Position numbers and translations under genes: made by a program
Source: an uncultured delta proteobacterium
GTDB taxonomy: Bacteria > Myxococcota_A > Polyangia > Fen-1088
Length of the DNA: 64,000 nucleotides
Assembly (NCBI GenBank): GCA_963767925.1
Contig: CAVYGB010000010.1
Coordinates: forward strand, 1,760,001-1,824,000
Direction: 5' to 3'
Notes under the pieces: generated by a model
The model's database searches: none
Seen by the model: only the letters and a program-made list of their open reading frames with translations
What the model was told of the DNA's origin: nothing
Part shown: positions 10,704-20,050 of the stretch, in pieces
Layout: every line of letters starts with the position of its first letter
How positions within the stretch are numbered: position 1 is the first letter of the stretch

Positions 10704-12143
10704 GCCTCACCTACCACCGCAACGTGCTTCGGCTGGTTCCGTTTGGCCGCGAGCAGGTGCTCGCCACCCTGCCGGGCGCGGAACGCCCCATCCTCCTCCA
10801 CCGGCGCACGGCCGAGCTGGTGATGAGCTGCTCGCCCTTCGCCCCGCTGGAGGAGCATGCGGGGCGCTTTTGCCGCAATCGGCGTCCGCCCAGTCTGTCG
10901 GAGGCCAGCGCGGTCGAGGCTCTGCGCGCGGCGGCGGCTGGCGGGCTGCTGGTCTCTGCGACCGACGTCCTGGGAGGCGACGCGGGCGTGGCGGGGGCGG
11001 ACGCGCCGCCGATCCGATCGATCGGAGTGATCACACATCGCCGGCCCGAGGCCCTCGTGCGGTGTCTGAGCAGCTTCGCCGATGACCTGCGCGCGTCCGG
11101 CCGCTCCGCTCTGCTCACGGTCGTCGACAGCACGCCCCATGGCGAAGCCGATGGTGTCCGTGCGGCGGTCAGGAGCCTGGAGCAGCGGAGGCAGCTCCCG
11201 GTCCGCTATCTGGGCCTGGTCGAGAAGAGGGCTCTGGGGGAGAGGCTGTCGCGAGCGGCGGGCGTCGATCCGAAGCTGGCGGAGCTCGCGCTGCTCGGTC
11301 TGGAGGGCCACCAGACCGATGTGGGAGCCAACCGGAACGCGATGCTCCTGCTGCACGCGGGCCGGACCGTCTTCTGCGCCGACGACGACATGGTGTGCGA
11401 CCTGCGCGGACCGGTGGCGCCGGTCGATACCGTCGCGCTCACCGGCGAAGAGGGGGCGGTACCGGTTACCTTGCATCGCACCTTCGAGGCGGCCCGTGAA
11501 GCGCTGCCGCCGCGCCCGAGCGGCGTTCTGGATCTGCACGAGCGGCAGCTCGGGCGGACGGTGGCCGAGGCGCTGGCCGGCTCACCTCGCGAACGAATCG
11601 CCCTCGGTTCCTTTCCGCCCCGGCTGCTCGGCGGTCTTCTCTCTGGAAACAGCCGGGTGGTGGCCAGCTTCGGGGGCTACTACGGGGACGCAGGCGCCAG
11701 CTATCCGTCGTTTTTTCTCTGGTCGGGCGCGACCGTGCGCCAGCAGCTCGCGGGGGGCGTCGAGGACCATCGAGCGCTGATCCGCAGCCGCCAGATCACA
11801 CGGGTGTCGCCCCAGCTCACCCTCACGGGGGGACGCTTCTCCATGTGCGGCCACGTGGCGCTGGACTGCCGGACGCTGCTTCCCCCTTTTTTTTCGAACC
11901 TCCGGGGCGAGGACCACCTGTTCGGTCAGGTCGTGCGGGGCTGTTTCGACGACGTCCTGTTCGCGCACGTCCCCCAGGCCATTGCCCACCGGCCCTGGGA
12001 GCGACGAGCTCGTGGAGGGCCGGGATGCCACGGCGGCGGCCGCGCGGATGCAAGCGTCGCTCGAGCGCTTCGGAAGCCTGCTCGAGGTCTGGCCCGAGCT
12101 CTTCGCGGCGGCCGGACGTCTGTTCGCCGACGGCGGGTCATGA
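10700..12143 (+). pseudogene. GT-A-fold glycosyltransferase-like protein with N-terminal extension; frame break or internal deletion at about 12003
   Basis: Motifs IGVITHRRP, VVDS, GANRNAMLL, ADDD, RGEDHLFG. The C-terminal helix (FGSLLEVWPEL..AA) is in another frame, ending TGA 12141-12143. Confidence 0.6.
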
Positions 12144-13086
12144 CCCGCCGACATCGCGCGGCTCAACGCTGGAAGGCAGATGTCCCGGCGAGTGCGGCCC
12201 AGAGCAAGGCGGCCATGACCTCTGCCTGCGACGCTGGTGTGCCTGCTGGCGGTACCCTTTTCATTCCTGGGGTTCTGGCGGAGCGCGCTCTCGGATGTGC
12301 GATCGCTTGTGCGCCGCCCGGTCGTGCTGGTCGCCGCGCTGGCGGGGGCGAGCGCGCTGGCGCTGGCGCTGGGCTCGATGGCCCTGCTTTCCAGCCGAGC
12401 GACGGCGCGCGTGGCCGGCCGTGTGGTGCCTCACGCCATTGGCAAGCTCGACCTGACAAGGGCGCCCGACCGCGAGCTCCTCCAGCACTGGCACCGCTCC
12501 GCCAAACGGGTCCCCCTGCCGGCGGACGTGGCCGGGCAGAGCCGGGGGGTCCGATGGGAGTCCGGTGAAGGTCATCAAGTTCAACGACTATGGCTGTGGA
12601 CACTGCCTCGCGACCGCCCGGGCTTATGCGCCGGTTTTCGCCCGCCTGCAGGCCGAGTTTCCCGGCGCGGTAACGTTTGAGCAGCGGGAGTACCCCGGCG
12701 AGGCGGCCTGCAATCCGAGGCTGGCCGGTCTGGGCCGGCCAGGCGCCTGTGAAGCAGCCCTGCTCTCTTACGCCGCTATGGCCCGCGGTCGCAAGGAGGC
12801 GTTCGCACGCTGGCTCTATGCCAATCCGACGGCAAACCCACGGTCGGTGCAACAGGCCTTCGCCGAGATCGTCGGGCCGCTGCCCGATGCTGCCCTCAGG
12901 GCGAACCTGGGCGAGCGGCTGGAGGAGGACGTGGTCCTGGCAGAGAGACTCGGCGTGGATGCGACGCCGGTCTTCTGGATCAACGGTGTCCTGGTGAACG
13001 CGCTGCCGGCCCACGTCTTCGAAGCGCTGCTCCGGCTTGAGCTTCGAGACCAGCGGGCGCTATCCTTGGCGGGACGGGGACGATGA
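12140..13086 (+). pseudogene. Membrane-anchored DsbA/thioredoxin protein, probably remnant of a VKOR-DsbA fusion; frameshifted
   Basis: ATGA overlap at 12140; TM segments in frame 12237; KFNDYGCGHC, ACEAA and GVDATPVFWING in frame 12565. Confidence 0.6.
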
Positions 13087-13766
13087 CGTCGCTGAGAATA
13101 CACTTGCTTGTAGGGGTGAGCGTGCTGGCTGCCACGCTGGCGTGCAAGGGCATCCTGGACCGTCGCGAGCTGGGTCGGGTGCAAGACCGCCGGGCGGCGC
13201 TGGTGTCGGATCCCGACTGCGGGCTGCCCGCTGCGCGCCCGGCGCGGGACCGTCCGGCAGCGTCCCCCGGGGTGCCCGTTCCGCCGCCCACCGCGGCGCC
13301 CGCTCCGCTCCCCGCCGCGTCGCCCGTACCCGCCCCGGCGCCGGGCGCGCCGTCGGCGCCCACCGCGGCGGGAGGACCGCGGGCAGCACAGCCGCCGCCG
13401 GTCGACCTGGACGGAATGGCCGCCGGTCTGGGGCTGCGCCCCCAGGAGGTCCAGCAGATCTCGCAGATCCTGCAGCAGCGGGGATCCGCGCTGGCCGGGG
13501 CAATATCGGACGCTCGCGGACGTGCACCCGCGGCCGACGCGAAGACGGCCGAGCTGGACGTCATGCTGGCCGGGATCAAGGTGACCTTGGAGGCAGAGCG
13601 AGAGTACGTCGCCGTGCTCGGCCCGGAGCGCGCCGTGCAGGCGGAGCGCCTGGGCTTCGATCTCGGCCGGGAGCTGGCACACACGCAGAAAGAGGCGCTC
13701 GACCGCGCGTTTGCTCCCGCCGCCTCCGACCCGCCCGCGGGCAACGTTGGAGGACCCCCGCGATGA
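13083..13766 (+). CDS. Hypothetical protein (N-terminal TM/signal, Pro-rich linker, helical domain)
   Basis: ATGA overlap with the upstream stop; hydrophobic N-terminus. Confidence 0.6.
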   Translation: MTSLRIHLLVGVSVLAATLACKGILDRRELGRVQDRRAALVSDPDCGLPAARPARDRPAASPGVPVPPPTAAPAPLPAASPVPAPAPGAPSAPTAAGGPRAAQPPPVDLDGMAAGLGLRPQEVQQISQILQQRGSALAGAISDARGRAPAADAKTAELDVMLAGIKVTLEAEREYVAVLGPERAVQAERLGFDLGRELAHTQKEALDRAFAPAASDPPAGNVGGPPR

Positions 13767-14380
13767 AGCTGTTGACCGCGATCCTGTGTGGCATGGTCGG
13801 CTGGGCGCTGGGCGCGCTCCTGACGCGCAACCAGCTCGCGCAGGAGACGGGCCAGCTCGTCCAGCTCGAAAGAACGTGCGGCCCGGCGGGTTCCGACGAA
13901 GAGTGGCCGCTTCAGCAGCCGGCGGCGCCCCGGGCGGCGCCGCCCCGGTTCCGGGCAGGCCCGCCGCTTCCCCGGCGCGCGATGGACCCCGCCGAGGCAC
14001 GCTTTCGGGGCGATCGCCGCCACGCCGAGACCCGGAGCCGGCAACTGGAGGGATTCCTGGCCCAGGCGAATCTGGATCCGGTGGTCGAGAACCAGATCCG
14101 AGAGCTGCGGAGCTGGCTAAACACGGAGATGGTGCGCGTGGTGGACGAAACCCAAAATCGGCTGCAGCGCGGACCGCAGCCGGTACCGGAGCGGCTGCGC
14201 CGGCTAGAGCTGTCGCTGGCGACCACCGGCGTGCTGGCCCAGACCGCGCGCCGGTTCTCGGAGCTGGTGAGCAGCGAGAAGCTCGCGCTTGCCCGCGAGA
14301 TGAGCTTCGACATCACCTCCCAGCTCGACCCCCAGGCCCGCGACCGGTGGATGCTGGTGCTCGGCGGCCGCTCCTTCTGA
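13763..14380 (+). CDS. Hypothetical protein (N-terminal TM, helical C-domain)
   Basis: GGAGG RBS and ATGA overlap; begins MKLLTAILCGMVGWALG. Confidence 0.6.
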   Translation: MKLLTAILCGMVGWALGALLTRNQLAQETGQLVQLERTCGPAGSDEEWPLQQPAAPRAAPPRFRAGPPLPRRAMDPAEARFRGDRRHAETRSRQLEGFLAQANLDPVVENQIRELRSWLNTEMVRVVDETQNRLQRGPQPVPERLRRLELSLATTGVLAQTARRFSELVSSEKLALAREMSFDITSQLDPQARDRWMLVLGGRSF

Positions 14381-14403
14381 GCGGCCGCCTTCAACCGCCG
14401 CGG

Positions 14404-14801
14404 TCAGATCTTCGGCGCGCGGGCGGCGAGGTCGGCGCGCCGGGCGGCGAGCAGCTCGGCGCCGATGAGGGCCCGGGAAAAAATGGACGGAGGGGCCGCC
14501 GCGGACGGTGATCTCGAGGAAGGCGTCGATGTCGCCCCGGAAGGCCCACCAGGGACGCTCCACCGAGACGATTTCGCCCGAGCGGGATGCGCCGCTGGCG
14601 CGGGCCGCTGCCGCCCACCTCCAGCTGATCGCCCTCCAACACGACCGGGCGCGTGCGCCAGAAGATCCAGAACAGGATCGCCAGCATGAGCACCATCACC
14701 GACAGGACGATCAGCCCCACCGGGTCGATCCCGGGTTCCTTCGCCGCAAGGATCGCGATGTGGGGGAAGATGAGCGCGACCAGCACGGAGGCTGCGCGCA
14801 C
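14404..14801 (-). CDS. Small membrane protein with two apparent frameshifts
   Basis: TM helix VGLIVLSVMVLMLAILFWIFW; continuation ERPWWAF... in a second frame. Start uncertain. Confidence 0.4.
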
Positions 14802-15132
14802 CCCCAGTGCAGGCCCACGCTGTGCAGACGCTCGCGCTCAGCCATGCAGGCGGCCTCCCATCCGCAGGCGTTCGAGCTCCCCCTCCATCTCGTCGGCGAG
14901 CGCGAGGCCCAGGCCCACGGTGCGCAGGGCCCGACGGCTCTCGGGCCCCTCGTCCGGGCCCTGGGCGGCGATCAGGAAGCGGTGGGCTGTCCCCCAGCGG
15001 TGAAGGCGTGCACCGTGATGACGGAGAGGCGGCCGCTGGCCGCCTCGACCGCTCGGCGACCGCACCGTTGCGGGAGTTGAAGCGGTTCAGGCGAGCCCCC
15101 GCCCCTAAGAGTGAGCCGCTGAAACCTGTGAA

Positions 15133-15932
15133 TTACGCACGAGAGGCAGCGTTGAAGGCAATCAGCGCACAGGCGAGCCGAACGAAGGCTAAGTAATTCT
15201 CGGCTTTGCGTTCCCAGCGAATGAGAAGACCTCGATATCGGTTGTGCCAGCTGTTGGTGCGCTCGACCACCCAGCGTCGCGGCCTACCGTGAACACAGCC
15301 GACCAGTGGTGGTTCGCCTCGCCGGCGGATGTGAGGAACGATTCGACGGCGGCGAACCTCCTGCTCACAGTCGGCGTAGTCGTAGCCTTTGTCGAGGCAC
15401 AAGTTCTTGGGGCGACGTGGACCACGAGGGCCCCGCAGGACCATGGCATCCAGGGTCTGGCCCACCATCCACTTGTCGTGCACGTTCGCCCCTGTGATGG
15501 TGACGGCCAGGGGCACGCCGTCGGCGTCGGTCAGGATGTGGCGCTTGGTCCCGAGTTTGGCCCGATCGGTCGGACTGGGGCCGGTGAGGTCCCCCCTTTT
15601 GGTGCCTTGACAGTGGCGCTGTCGAGCGAGCACCAGCTCAGGTCGACGCCAACATGCTGGTCGTAGTAGAGGACCATCTCCACGTGCATCATGTGGAACA
15701 CGCCCGCCGCTCGCCACTGCTGGAACCGCTGGTAGCACACGCTGCCGCTGCCGAACTCGCGGGGGATGGCATCCCATTGGCACCCGGTCTTGAGCTTGTA
15801 GACGATTCCGGACATGACCTTGCGGTTGTCGTTCGGCGGTCGGCCGCCTTTGGGACTGCGTGCTCGCTTGGGAATCCAAACGCGCGTGCGCTCCCAAACC
15901 TCTTCGGGGATGTCTTCGAATTGTGCCGTCAT
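15133..15932 (-). CDS. IS5-family transposase, two ORFs joined by a probable -1 frameshift
   Basis: OrfA: GGRP...TGCQW.AIP.EFG...YQRFQQW. OrfB: GTKRHILTD..GVPL, DKGYD, RWVVERT.SW..YR.L..RWE. Slippery AAAAGGGGGG on the - strand at about 15591-15600. Confidence 0.9.
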
Positions 15933-16077
15933 GGACAGTAGAGATCACGACCTGACGGGCTCGGCAAATTTTCGCTTGAATTGGCACTCGCGCACCGTCG
16001 GTTGCAGCCACTGCGATGTCCCGGTCGCTGGTCTGGTCGGGCGCAACCAAGCCCCAACCGCCGCCGATAACCTGGTC

Positions 16078-16448
16078 ATGTCGCCGGGGCCCCGCACCTT
16101 TGACCATCATCGGCTCGACGCTTTCTGCGTGGCCCGCGATGCTCTACGCTTGGGCGACGCTCTTGCGCGGAGAATGCCACGCGGGTATGCGACGTTGCAG
16201 GACCAGCTTCGGCGCGCTGTTGTCGGCATACCTGGGCATCGCCGAGGCATCTAAGCCGAACGGGCGCCGACAGGATCTCACGGTTCCGCACCGCCAGAGG
16301 CGAAGCGTCCGAGGCGGCAGCCGCCTTGGAGGCGGTTGCAATCCTGGGACTTGCTCCCGATACCGAGATCGAAGCGGTGATGTCTCTGCTCGACCGGCTG
16401 TGCGCGATGCTCACTCGGCTCGCCGGCATGCACCGCCACCAACCCTGA
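16078..16448 (+). CDS. Four-helix bundle protein (23S rRNA IVP / Avd-like family), two small frameshifts
   Basis: Reconstructed: FDHHRLDAF...DQLRRALLS..GIAEA..RTGAD..RF..ARGEASE...LLDRLCAMLTRL. About 123 aa after +2/-1 correction. Confidence 0.8.
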
Positions 16449-16470
16449 TGACTGCCGCGGCTGTCGTGGT

Positions 16471-16641
16471 CGTGCTCGTGTGCGAGCGCGTGTTCGAGTT
16501 CGTGTCCGTGTGTGGTGAGCGTGTTCGGCCCGCGGGCCTCGGCTCGCGTGATTTACGCGCACCGAGAGCCGCCTGGCCGCTCAACGCTCGCCCCACACGA
16601 ACTCGAACTCGAACACGCGCTCGAACACGCCCACGAGCACG
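16471..16641. repeat. ~170-nt imperfect inverted repeat built from hexamers (GWGTTC / GAACWC)
   Basis: Left arm cgagcgcgtgttcgagttcg... pairs with right arm ...cgaactcgaacacgcgctcg; loop GATTT at about 16550. Confidence 0.85.
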
Positions 16642-16752
16642 CGTCCCGGCCTCGATACCTCGTTTCGCCCATCGGCGCAAATTCTCCACAGGTTTCAGCG
16701 GCTGGCTCTAAGTGCGCCGGGCGGCGATGGGCCGCCCCCGCTTCACCGCTGC

Positions 16753-17060
16753 GGGGCGGGGCAGCTCGGCGAGCTGATCCGCAGCGGAGCGGTGTCCTGC
16801 CGGGAGGTGGTGGAGGCGCACCTGGCGGGGATCGAGGAGGTGGACTGGTACCTCGGCGCGGTGACGGTCTCGCTGCGGGAGGCGGCCCTCGCGGCGGCGG
16901 ATGCGGCCGACCGGCGCGGCGGGCCGGGGCCCTGGCGGGGCGTGCCGTTCACGGCGAAAGAGAACCTCGACTGCCTCGGCAGCGCCACCACCCACGGCCT
17001 GCCGGTCCTGCGAGACGCCCTGCCCTGCGCCGACGCGCCGGCGGTGGCCCGCCGCCGGGG
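16753..17060 (+). pseudogene. Amidase (AS family) N-terminal fragment
   Basis: Reads LGELIRSGAVSCREVVEAHL...GPWRGVPFTAKENLD..G..TTHG...DAPAV. No catalytic Ser region. Confidence 0.75.
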
Positions 17061-17180
17061 CGATCAGCGAGGCGGCCCTGCCGGTGCCTCCGCCCTTCCA
17101 TCCCGTGCATGAGCGGGGCGGGATGGGGACGGGCCGGCGCAAAGAGGCGGGCCCGGTCGGTTGATGAGCCGAGACCCCAT

Positions 17181-17634
17181 TCACTCCCGCGTGGTGAGGA
17201 GCCGCCCGCCCGAACCCCGTACCGCTGGTTGCGCCCGGCCTGCGCGCGGTCGAAGGACGGCCGGGGCAGAGGGGTCCCCCGTCAGGAGCGAGACCATCCG
17301 TGGCTGGTGGTCGGACGCCGAATATCCGGCCGGGTCGACCACGAATCGAAGGGTTCCCGCGACCTCGACCTCATCGCCGGGGGACACGACCTCTTCGCTG
17401 TAGATCCAGGCTTTCGAGTCCGTCGAATCGCCAGGTTCGAGGGGCACCGGAACCTCTTGCCTCAAGATCCGCGGCGGGTGCGGGAGCATGACCAGCTCGG
17501 TTGTGAGGACGCGGACACTCTCTCCGGTCGAGAGCACCACATCGAAGTCCACCGCGTGCAACTCCCAGTGAGGCCGCTGCAGCCACCGGGGGCGGTCTCG
17601 CCTGCCACGGCTCCCGATGTAGCGCGCCACGAGA
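17181..17634 (-). pseudogene. 3' part of a myxobacterial hypothetical protein, 5' end replaced by IS remnant
   Basis: Reads DFDVVLSTGESVRV...EEVVSPGDEVEVAG.L..VDP and abuts the IS fragment at 17635. Confidence 0.5.
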
Positions 17635-18040
17635 CCGAGGCGGCAGCCGCCTTGGAGCCGGTTGCAATCCTGGGACTTGCTCCCGATACCGAGATCGAAG
17701 CGGTGATGTCTCTGCTCGACCGGCTGTGCGCGATGCTCACTCGGCTCGCCGGCATGCACCGCCACCAACCCTGATGACTGCCGCGGCTGTCGTGGTCGTG
17801 CTCGTGTGCGAGCGCGTGTTCGAGTTCGTGTCCGTGTGTGGTGAGCGTGTTCGGCCCGCGGGCCTCGGCTCGCGTGATTTACGCGCACCGAGAGCCGCCT
17901 GGCCGCTCAACGCTCGCCCCACACGAACTCGAACACGAACACGAACACGGGCTCGAACACGCCCACGAGCACGCGTCCCGGCCTCGACACCTCGTTTCGC
18001 CCATCGGCGCAAATTCTCCACAGGTTTCAGCGGCTGGCTC
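17635..18040. mobile_element. Truncated second copy of the IS5 element: 3' half of four-helix-bundle gene, hairpin and right TIR
   Basis: Near-identical to 16309-16708 (a few substitutions and one extra hexamer). TIR at 18019-18040 followed by TAA. Confidence 0.9.
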
Positions 18041-18090
18041 TAAGACACTTGACGTGGTCACGATTGGCCGGCCGACGTCACATCCGAGGG

Positions 18091-19562
18091 TCAGTTGATG
18101 AGCTGGGTGCCGCAGCCGAAGACCAGGTCGATCTTGCCGCCTTGTTCGGTCTTGAAGCGGCGGCAGGTGGCGTCGCAGACCAGGATGCGGGTGGGGGCGC
18201 CTGCGGCGGGGAGGGTGTCGTAGTACCAGCCGCCGCGGGTGGGGTCGCAGCGATCGGCGCGCTCGACGTAGGGGATGTTCTCGGGGCCGGCGCCGCTGGT
18301 GTAGCGGACGTTGACCTTGGCGAAGTCGATGCGGCCGGCGGTGGGGCTGGGGATCTGGTACTCGCAGGCCAGGGCGGCGCCGCGGATCTGGTTGAGGGCC
18401 TCCTGCAGGCGCATGGTGAGGTCGTCGTTGGCCGCCAGCACGAAGGCGCGGGTGCTGCCGCCGGCCATCGCCAGGCGATCGAGCTGCACCTGGGAGGTCA
18501 TGATCTCGGTCGGCGCGAACACGCCGATCACGTAGGTTGGGATCGACGGCGGGCCGGTGAAGGCGGCCCCCAGGTCGGCGGCGACGGTGGGGATGTCGTT
18601 CATCAGGCAGGTGCCGGAGGGCAGACCATCGCTGGCCAGCACCAGCGCGCCCTTGCGCCCGGGGTTGGCGGCCAGGTGGGCTCGCAGGGTTGCGAGGGCG
18701 CCGCGCACGCCCGGGCCCATGGGGGTGGCCCCGGCGGGAATGGCGGCGTTGAGCTCGCGGAGCAGCGGCTCCTGCGCGCCCGGCAAGGCGCCGATGGCAC
18801 CTGGGGCTGAGCGTGCAGATCCGCCTCGCACTCGGCGTCGCTAGCGAGGACGTTGGGCGCGCAGGTGCGACGGGCAGGCATGCAGGCACCTCCCCCGCCG
18901 GGGCAGCCCTGCCCGAGGTTGGTGCAGTCGGCGCCGCTACCGGCGCAAACCCCCGCCGGCACACACATGGCGCCCGCTGGGCAGCTACTGCCGCTGCTGC
19001 CGCCGATGATGATCGGGTCCGGATCGCCGCAACCGAGTGGCGGCGAGGGGGCGTTGGCCCCGGCGCACACGCTGCGGGCCGCGCAGAAAAGGCCGGTCCC
19101 GCGCAGGCCCGGAATGCAGTCGGCGTCGGTTGTGCACGGCCGGGGCGCGGGGAAAAACTGGAGGCCGACGCCGAGGCCGGCCGAGCTGGGATCGCGGAGG
19201 AAGGCGCCGAGTGCGGTCTGGGCGGTGGCCCACTTGGTCCGCGCCCCTGCGGGGCCTTCCATCGAACGGGAGGCGTCGACGAGCAGGAGGAGGTCGAGGG
19301 GCACCACCTCGGCCCGGTGGGCCTCCTCGGCGCACTGGCGGTCGGGGGCGGGGGCGCGCGGCGGGGGCGCGAGGGCGCCGGCGTCGGGCAAGGTGAAGCT
19401 GGGCACGATCCCCGGCCCGCCGGGCAGGCCGCCGCGGATGGGGCCCTCGCCCGAGCCGGACAGGGTCGTCACCTCGGCCTTGCCGCAACCGACGACCAGG
19501 GTGGCCAGGCCGGCCGCGATCACCGCAAACGAAGACAACCGCAAGCGCGAACAAAGGTCCAT
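18091..19562 (-). CDS. vWA-domain Cys-rich lipoprotein (myxobacterial type); frameshift at about 18800
   Basis: Lipobox LVVGC; DLLLLVDASRSM MIDAS motif; TPMGP, VLASDGLP, TYVIGV; C-terminal GWYYD...C...C..F...GC. Confidence 0.8.
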
Positions 19563-19799
19563 GTAGCTCTCCTTCGGACCACGCAGATGCCCGTCGAGAC
19601 CACAGACAGCACAAGCCAGGAAAAGGAAAACCCGGCGGCCAGGGCGGGGCGGGAGACCGGACGGCGGAAGCGGGAGGCAGGCGGCCGGATTAAGTCAGGG
19701 TGCAGCTCGGGTGCGGGAGGCTTCACCGGCGGCGGTGAAGATTGCGCAGGCGCGGCCACGGCAGCCGCCACGGAAGTGGGTTTTTCGACCCTAACCCGC

Positions 19800-19815
19800 T
19801 GGCATCCGCCCTGCA
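19800..19815 (+). promoter_or_regulatory. Sigma54 promoter candidate
   Basis: TGGCATCCGCCCTGCA has correct GG/GC spacing and lies upstream of the giant gene. Confidence 0.45.
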
Positions 19816-19875
19816 AGGTGGGGCGGCGATGGGACAGCCGTTTCAGGTTCACGGGGTATCCGGCAGGCCGGCTTC

Positions 19876-20050
19876 CGGAGCCTCGCGCTCCGAGGTCGCG
19901 CGTTCCGGGGTCCCGCGTTCCAAAGCTTCGGGCTCCGGGATCCCGCGCCCCGAGGTCCCGCCCTCCGGAGCCTCGGTCACCGCGGTCTCGCTTTCCGGAG
20001 CCTCGCTCTCCGCGGTCCGGCCTTCCGATGTCTCGCGTCCGGAGCCTCGG
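19876..20050 (+). repeat. Degenerate 15-nt tandem repeat (about 11 units, CCGnnnnnnCGnnnn)
   Basis: ccggagcctcgcgct / ccgaggtcgcgcgtt / ccggggtcccgcgtt ... Confidence 0.7.

Larger units (their letters stand above)
15109..16708. mobile_element. IS5-family element (1600 bp) with passenger gene
   Basis: TIRs GAGTGAGCCGCTGAAACCTGTG (15109-15130) and the reverse complement of 16687-16708 match at 20/22. TAA direct repeats at 15106-15108 and 16709-16711. Confidence 0.9.

Noticed and set aside
14838..15065. 75-aa minus-strand ORF left of the IS
   Set aside because: Possibly a gene fragment, but no recognisable motif or start signal.
16078..18040. Diversity-generating retroelement (Avd-like gene plus duplicated region as TR/VR)
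   Set aside because: No reverse transcriptase. Differences between the copies are few and not adenine-specific, and the duplication ends at an IS TIR.
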